From: Chloroflexota bacterium
GTDB taxonomy: Bacteria; Chloroflexota; UBA11872; VXNJ01
Length of the DNA: 64,000 nucleotides
Direction of reading: 5' to 3'
Assembly: GCA_965261345.1 (NCBI GenBank)
Contig: OZ253449.1
Coordinates: 1,024,001-1,088,000 of the forward strand
In this document: positions 59,820-64,000 of the stretch, one piece after another
Layout of the letters: each line of letters opens with the position of its first letter
How positions within the stretch are numbered: the stretch's first letter is position 1
Program-made: the position numbers and the translations under genes
Notes under the pieces: model-generated
Told to the model about the DNA's origin: nothing
Seen by the model: the letters and a program-made list of their open reading frames with translations, nothing else
The model's database searches: none

Positions 59820-61310
59820 TCAGAACCAGCGCGAGACGACCACCTTGTCCTCGGTAAAGAATCGGACCGAATCTTCGGCCTGGGCGTGCAAATCGCCAAA
59901 GAACGAATCCTTCATCCCACCGAAGTGAAAGAACGCCATCGGCGCCGCCACGCCGATATTGATCCCGATATTGCCGGCACGGACCTCCGATGAAAACTGG
60001 CGGGCCGATTTGCCCGAGCTGGTAAAGATACAGGCCATGTTGCCGTAAGGCACGCGGTCGATGATTGCGATCGCCTCGTCCAGGTCACTGGCCTTCATAA
60101 GGCAGAGCACCGGCCCGAATATTTCATCGTTGGCAACGCTCATTTCCGGGTCAACGCCGGCAAAGAGAGTTGGGCCCAGGAAATGCCCGCCGTCGCGCCC
60201 GGCCACCGCCTGTCCGCGGCCGTCGACTAGCAATTTGGCACCCTCGGTCACGCCGGTTTCAATGTAATCGATTATTCGCGCCCGGCTCTTGGCCGAAATG
60301 ACCGGACCCATTGCCGTCTGCGGATCAAATCCGTCACCGACTACGAGTTGGGAGGCCTTGGACGCCAGTTCCTCGCGAGCGGCCTCGTAGGCGTCGCCGA
60401 CCGCCAGCACCACCGAGCCGGCCAGGCAGCGCTGCCCGGCGCACCCGTAGGCCGATTCCAGGATGTTGTCGATTGAGGGATCCAAATTGGCGTCGGGCAT
60501 TAGGACTATGTAGTTCTTGGCCCCGCCCTGGGCCTGGACCCGTTTGCCATTGGCGGTCCCCTGCTGGTAGACCGAACGGGCCACCGGCGTGGATCCGACG
60601 AAGGAGATGCCCTGCACGTCGGGGTGGTCGAGCAACGCCTGGGCGGTCTGGCGGCCGCCGTGCAGGAGGCTGAGTATCCCGGCCGGCAGACCGGCCCGTT
60701 CGGCCAATTCCACCATGATCACCTGCGAGAGCGGAGTCTGCTCGGACGGCTTGATGATGAACGTGTTTCCGGTGGCAATCGCGTAGGGAATAAACCAGAA
60801 GGGCACCATCGCCGGGAAGTTGAACGGTGCGATCGCGGCGAATACGCCCAGCGGTTGGCGTACCGCATATTCGTCAATCCCCTTGGCGACATCCTCCAGG
60901 TTGCGGCCCTGCATCAGGGTCGGAACACCGACCGCCACGTCGACATTCTCGATCGCCCGCCGCACTTCGCCGCGCGCTTCGGCCAAGGTCTTGCCGTGCT
61001 CGAGGGTCACGATGCGGGCGATTTCCTCAAAGTCCTCTTCAAGCAGGTGCTTGTAGCGGAAAAGATGCTGTGCCCGATCGACCGGCGGAACCTTGCGCCA
61101 ACCGGCAAAGGCTTGCAGCGCCGCCGCCACGCAGGCGTCAACATCGGCTTGGCTCGAGTCAGGAATTGCCGCGATTGCGGCCCCGGTGGCCGGGTTTTCC
61201 ACCCGGATCAGATCCTGGCTCGAAGCCGGCAGCCACTGCCCCCCAATGAAATTGGGAAGCGGGGCGTCGGGTTCGGCCTCCGCGAGGATTCGGGAGCTGG
61301 TTTTCATCAT
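59820..61310 (-). CDS. mmsA: CoA-acylating methylmalonate-semialdehyde dehydrogenase
   Basis: PFNFPAMVP.W, SFVGST, GGAKN, GCAGQRC and EIFGP motifs. Confidence 0.9.
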   Translation of the reverse strand: MMKTSSRILAEAEPDAPLPNFIGGQWLPASSQDLIRVENPATGAAIAAIPDSSQADVDACVAAALQAFAGWRKVPPVDRAQHLFRYKHLLEEDFEEIARIVTLEHGKTLAEARGEVRRAIENVDVAVGVPTLMQGRNLEDVAKGIDEYAVRQPLGVFAAIAPFNFPAMVPFWFIPYAIATGNTFIIKPSEQTPLSQVIMVELAERAGLPAGILSLLHGGRQTAQALLDHPDVQGISFVGSTPVARSVYQQGTANGKRVQAQGGAKNYIVLMPDANLDPSIDNILESAYGCAGQRCLAGSVVLAVGDAYEAAREELASKASQLVVGDGFDPQTAMGPVISAKSRARIIDYIETGVTEGAKLLVDGRGQAVAGRDGGHFLGPTLFAGVDPEMSVANDEIFGPVLCLMKASDLDEAIAIIDRVPYGNMACIFTSSGKSARQFSSEVRAGNIGINIGVAAPMAFFHFGGMKDSFFGDLHAQAEDSVRFFTEDKVVVSRWF

Positions 61311-61373
61311 TGCCTTACCACTCCTTGTGTTCAAAAGCAGGTTGGAATTATCTATCGCCGCGCGAAATCGATT

Positions 61374-62366
61374 TTATGGATTCGGCAGGCCCTGCCCGCG
61401 GCGGGCGTGGATTTGTTCGCAGATGACCCCGCCGATCAGAAATACAAGCGCTGCCAGGTAGATCCAGATCAACACCGCTAGAAAAGAGGCAATCGAGCCG
61501 TAGATCCAGTCGAATTGATCGAAAAGTGAAAAATAGGCCCAGAATCCGATCTTTAGGATCGGAATCGCGATTGCGCTAAATGCCGCGCCAGGGATGGAGT
61601 TGCGGATGGTAGATCTTCTTCCCGCCAATATCTGATACAGCGCCCAGGACGCGGCAAAGCCCATCGCCACCGAGAGCAATTCGAAGAGTCCCCGGTAGAC
61701 CCAGTTGTCAAAAAAGGCAATCAGTTCGTCCCAGCCCAGCAACCCGGCCAAGACGATTCGCGGGAACTCAATTACCGAGATCATCAATCCGGCCAACGCG
61801 GCCACTCCCAACAGCGCCAGTACGCCTCCTAGGGCGGTGCCGATGCCGACCACCCAAGGGGTGTCCTCCAGCTGCCAGGCCGCTGCCAGGCCGCGGCGGG
61901 CGGCGCTTACGATTTGCAAAGCCGACCACAACAAGGCCATCGCCGCCAGTAGCAGGGCAGGCCCGCCGCCCGGTGGCGGCTGCAAGACTCCATCGGGCAG
62001 GATCGACCGGTCCAGCGCCAGATTGGCTTCGGCCAGGATCAACCAGCGCTGGTAGAGCACATTGCCCCATTCGGTCGATGAGAGCAGGACCGCCGAGGCC
62101 AGCAGCAGCGGAAAAAGCGCGAAACTGGCGTGAAAAGCCATCGCCGCGGCATGAGTATGGCAGCCGCGGCCGAAAAACTCCCGGCCAACCGCCAGCAACA
62201 GCCGCAAATTTTGGCGCGGCTCCGCCCGGATTCCAATCAAATCTTTAATTTGTCGGTCAATCGACAAGTCGACAAGTGGTTGGCAGCGCCCGCCTGGCCC
62301 CGTTCGCGGCGACCTCGCGTTCGTAGGTTGCCTAACGTGGTGGCCCTCGGAGATCGGTGTGGCCAA
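61374..62366 (-). CDS. YihY/BrkB family membrane protein
   Basis: AAAMAF....ALFP and IYGSIA....VLIWIY motifs. Start uncertain. Confidence 0.8.
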   Translation of the reverse strand: MATPISEGHHVRQPTNARSPRTGPGGRCQPLVDLSIDRQIKDLIGIRAEPRQNLRLLLAVGREFFGRGCHTHAAAMAFHASFALFPLLLASAVLLSSTEWGNVLYQRWLILAEANLALDRSILPDGVLQPPPGGGPALLLAAMALLWSALQIVSAARRGLAAAWQLEDTPWVVGIGTALGGVLALLGVAALAGLMISVIEFPRIVLAGLLGWDELIAFFDNWVYRGLFELLSVAMGFAASWALYQILAGRRSTIRNSIPGAAFSAIAIPILKIGFWAYFSLFDQFDWIYGSIASFLAVLIWIYLAALVFLIGGVICEQIHARRGQGLPNP

Positions 62367-62375
62367 TGGCTTGGT

Positions 62376-63227
62376 TTAGGCAAAACTCTGTTTCCCCAGG
62401 CGATCGAGCAGGCCTTCGCCCTCCCCGCGATTTGTGGTCCAATCATGGAGCCGCAGCCCCACGCTCTCCTGTAGTTGGGCGGTCAACCCGCCATCGGCAA
62501 CGACCACTGACCCGGTCATATACGACGCATCCGCGCTCGCCAGAAACGAGATCACCGCGGCCATTTCGGCGGGTTGGCCAGCTCGCCGCAGCGGATATAT
62601 TTGCGACCACGTTTCCATAATGTCGGGGTTGGCATCCAGCCCCTTCTGCATTCGATCAGTAATGATCAACCCTGGGCATAAGGCATTGACCCGGATCCCG
62701 AGCCGGCCCAGGTCAACCGCGGCCACCCGGGTGAGCCCGATCACCGCGTGCTTGCACGCATCGTAGACGGTGCGGTCCGCCTCCGAGAGCAGACCGTGCA
62801 CCGAGGCGATGTTGATGATGGCCCCGTCGCTCTGTCTGGCAAGGGCCGGAGTTGCATGGCGGATCAGCAGCTGGGTGGCCACCACCATCACCCTGAACTG
62901 GTCCTGCCAATCGTCGGCTTCGACCTGGTCGATTCGCAGCTTCGGCCGCGGCGGAGCGGCGTTGTTGACCAGAATGTCCAACCGCCCGAAGCGATCCAGG
63001 GCGTGCTCGATGACCGCTTGCGGTGCCTCGGGATCGCCAAGATCGGCGGTCAAATAGCCTGCTTCAAATCCAGCATCGCGCAGCTCGCGGGCCGCGTGTT
63101 CACCCTTTTCGGCCTGAACGTCGACCAGTAATACCGCCGCCCCCTCGCCGGCCAGCCTTGCAGCGGCGGCCAACCCGATGTTCTGGGCGGCGCCGGTTAC
63201 GATCGCCGCCCGCCCCTGGTGTCGCAT
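62376..63227 (-). CDS. SDR family oxidoreductase
   Basis: VTGAAQNIG, LVNNA, YDACK and RVNALCPG motifs. Confidence 0.92.
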   Translation of the reverse strand: MRHQGRAAIVTGAAQNIGLAAAARLAGEGAAVLLVDVQAEKGEHAARELRDAGFEAGYLTADLGDPEAPQAVIEHALDRFGRLDILVNNAAPPRPKLRIDQVEADDWQDQFRVMVVATQLLIRHATPALARQSDGAIINIASVHGLLSEADRTVYDACKHAVIGLTRVAAVDLGRLGIRVNALCPGLIITDRMQKGLDANPDIMETWSQIYPLRRAGQPAEMAAVISFLASADASYMTGSVVVADGGLTAQLQESVGLRLHDWTTNRGEGEGLLDRLGKQSFA

Positions 63228-63352
63228 GTTCGCGGTAACTCCGGAATTGGACCGTTTATTTGGCGGTCAGATTTATAAATGAACAACGTCGGCTGCACGA
63301 TTCATTTTGCCGGCGTCCTTTATCGCTCACGGCTATCGCGAAGCAGGTTCCA

Positions 63353-64000
63353 ATGTCAATCCTTGCAGGCCACTGCGCCATCGTCACCGGTGCGGGTACC
63401 GGCATCGGGGTGGGAATCGCCCGTCACCTGGCCGCCGCCGGCGCCTCATTAGTGCTATCGGCCTACAACAGCTTCGAGGGCTGCCAGGCACTGGCCGATG
63501 AGCTAAATGCTGGCGGCAGCGAGGCACTGGCGATAAAGGTGGACCTGCGCGGCTCCTCTGATGCCGGCCAGCTAGTTGATGCCGCGATCGCGCGTTGGGG
63601 ACACCTGGACGTTTTGGTTAACAATGCCGGTTACACCCTGGCGCGGCCATTTATCGAATGCAGCGAGGGCGATTGGGATGATCTCTTTTCGATCAATTTG
63701 CGTTCGATGTTTATCACCTGTCGGGCGGCCGCCCCGCACATGATCGAGCGCGGCTATGGGCGAATAATCAACATTTCCTCAGTCCACGGCCTCCAGCATC
63801 TTTCAAACCTGGTCATTTACGGGGCCACCAAAGGCGGGATAAATGAATTCACGCGCGGCCTGGCAGTCGAACTGGGCCCCTCGGGCATCACCGCCAACGT
63901 GATCGCTCCCGGGGCCATCTACGTGCCGCGCTACGACCGGGTCGGGGCCGACAAGGCAACAATGGCGGCGGCGGTGCCCAATGGCAAGCTGGGCGACGTC
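63353..64000 (+). CDS. SDR family oxidoreductase (runs off window end)
   Basis: Manual translation: MSILAGHCAIVTGAGTGIG...LVNNAG...YGATKGG...ANVIAPG. Confidence 0.88.
   Translation, partial: MSILAGHCAIVTGAGTGIGVGIARHLAAAGASLVLSAYNSFEGCQALADELNAGGSEALAIKVDLRGSSDAGQLVDAAIARWGHLDVLVNNAGYTLARPFIECSEGDWDDLFSINLRSMFITCRAAAPHMIERGYGRIINISSVHGLQHLSNLVIYGATKGGINEFTRGLAVELGPSGITANVIAPGAIYVPRYDRVGADKATMAAAVPNGKLGDV

Overview
This is a GC-rich bacterial chromosomal window. The gene content (PhyH, sulfatases, alternative complex III, UxaE, many IS elements) is reminiscent of Chloroflexota, including host-associated lineages; that assignment is inference only. The backbone carries catabolic enzymes, a Liv-type and an Aap-type ABC transporter, msrA, trxB, an alternative complex III cluster with split ActB, two paralogous sulfatases, NfeD/SPFH, tRNA-Arg(CCT), mmsA and SDRs. 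There is a complete type I-C CRISPR-Cas locus (cas3-5-8c-7-4-1-2, 41 repeats) with an irregular central spacer block. Three nested mobile-element stacks have junctions that can be read from the sequence: (i) IS1182 > IS21 remnant > ISNCY-type element, inside the liv operon; (ii) IS1380 > a 3.3-kb large-serine-recombinase element; (iii) ISNCY/IS21-end remnant > IS256, truncating the CRISPR array. The most notable system is the serine-recombinase element (30950-34240). Its excision would restore the IS1380 transposase and join an RBS+ATG from its right end in frame to an otherwise start-less DUF5372-like gene at its left end. Its HTH gene also carries a slippery site plus hairpin consistent with a programmed -1 frameshift.
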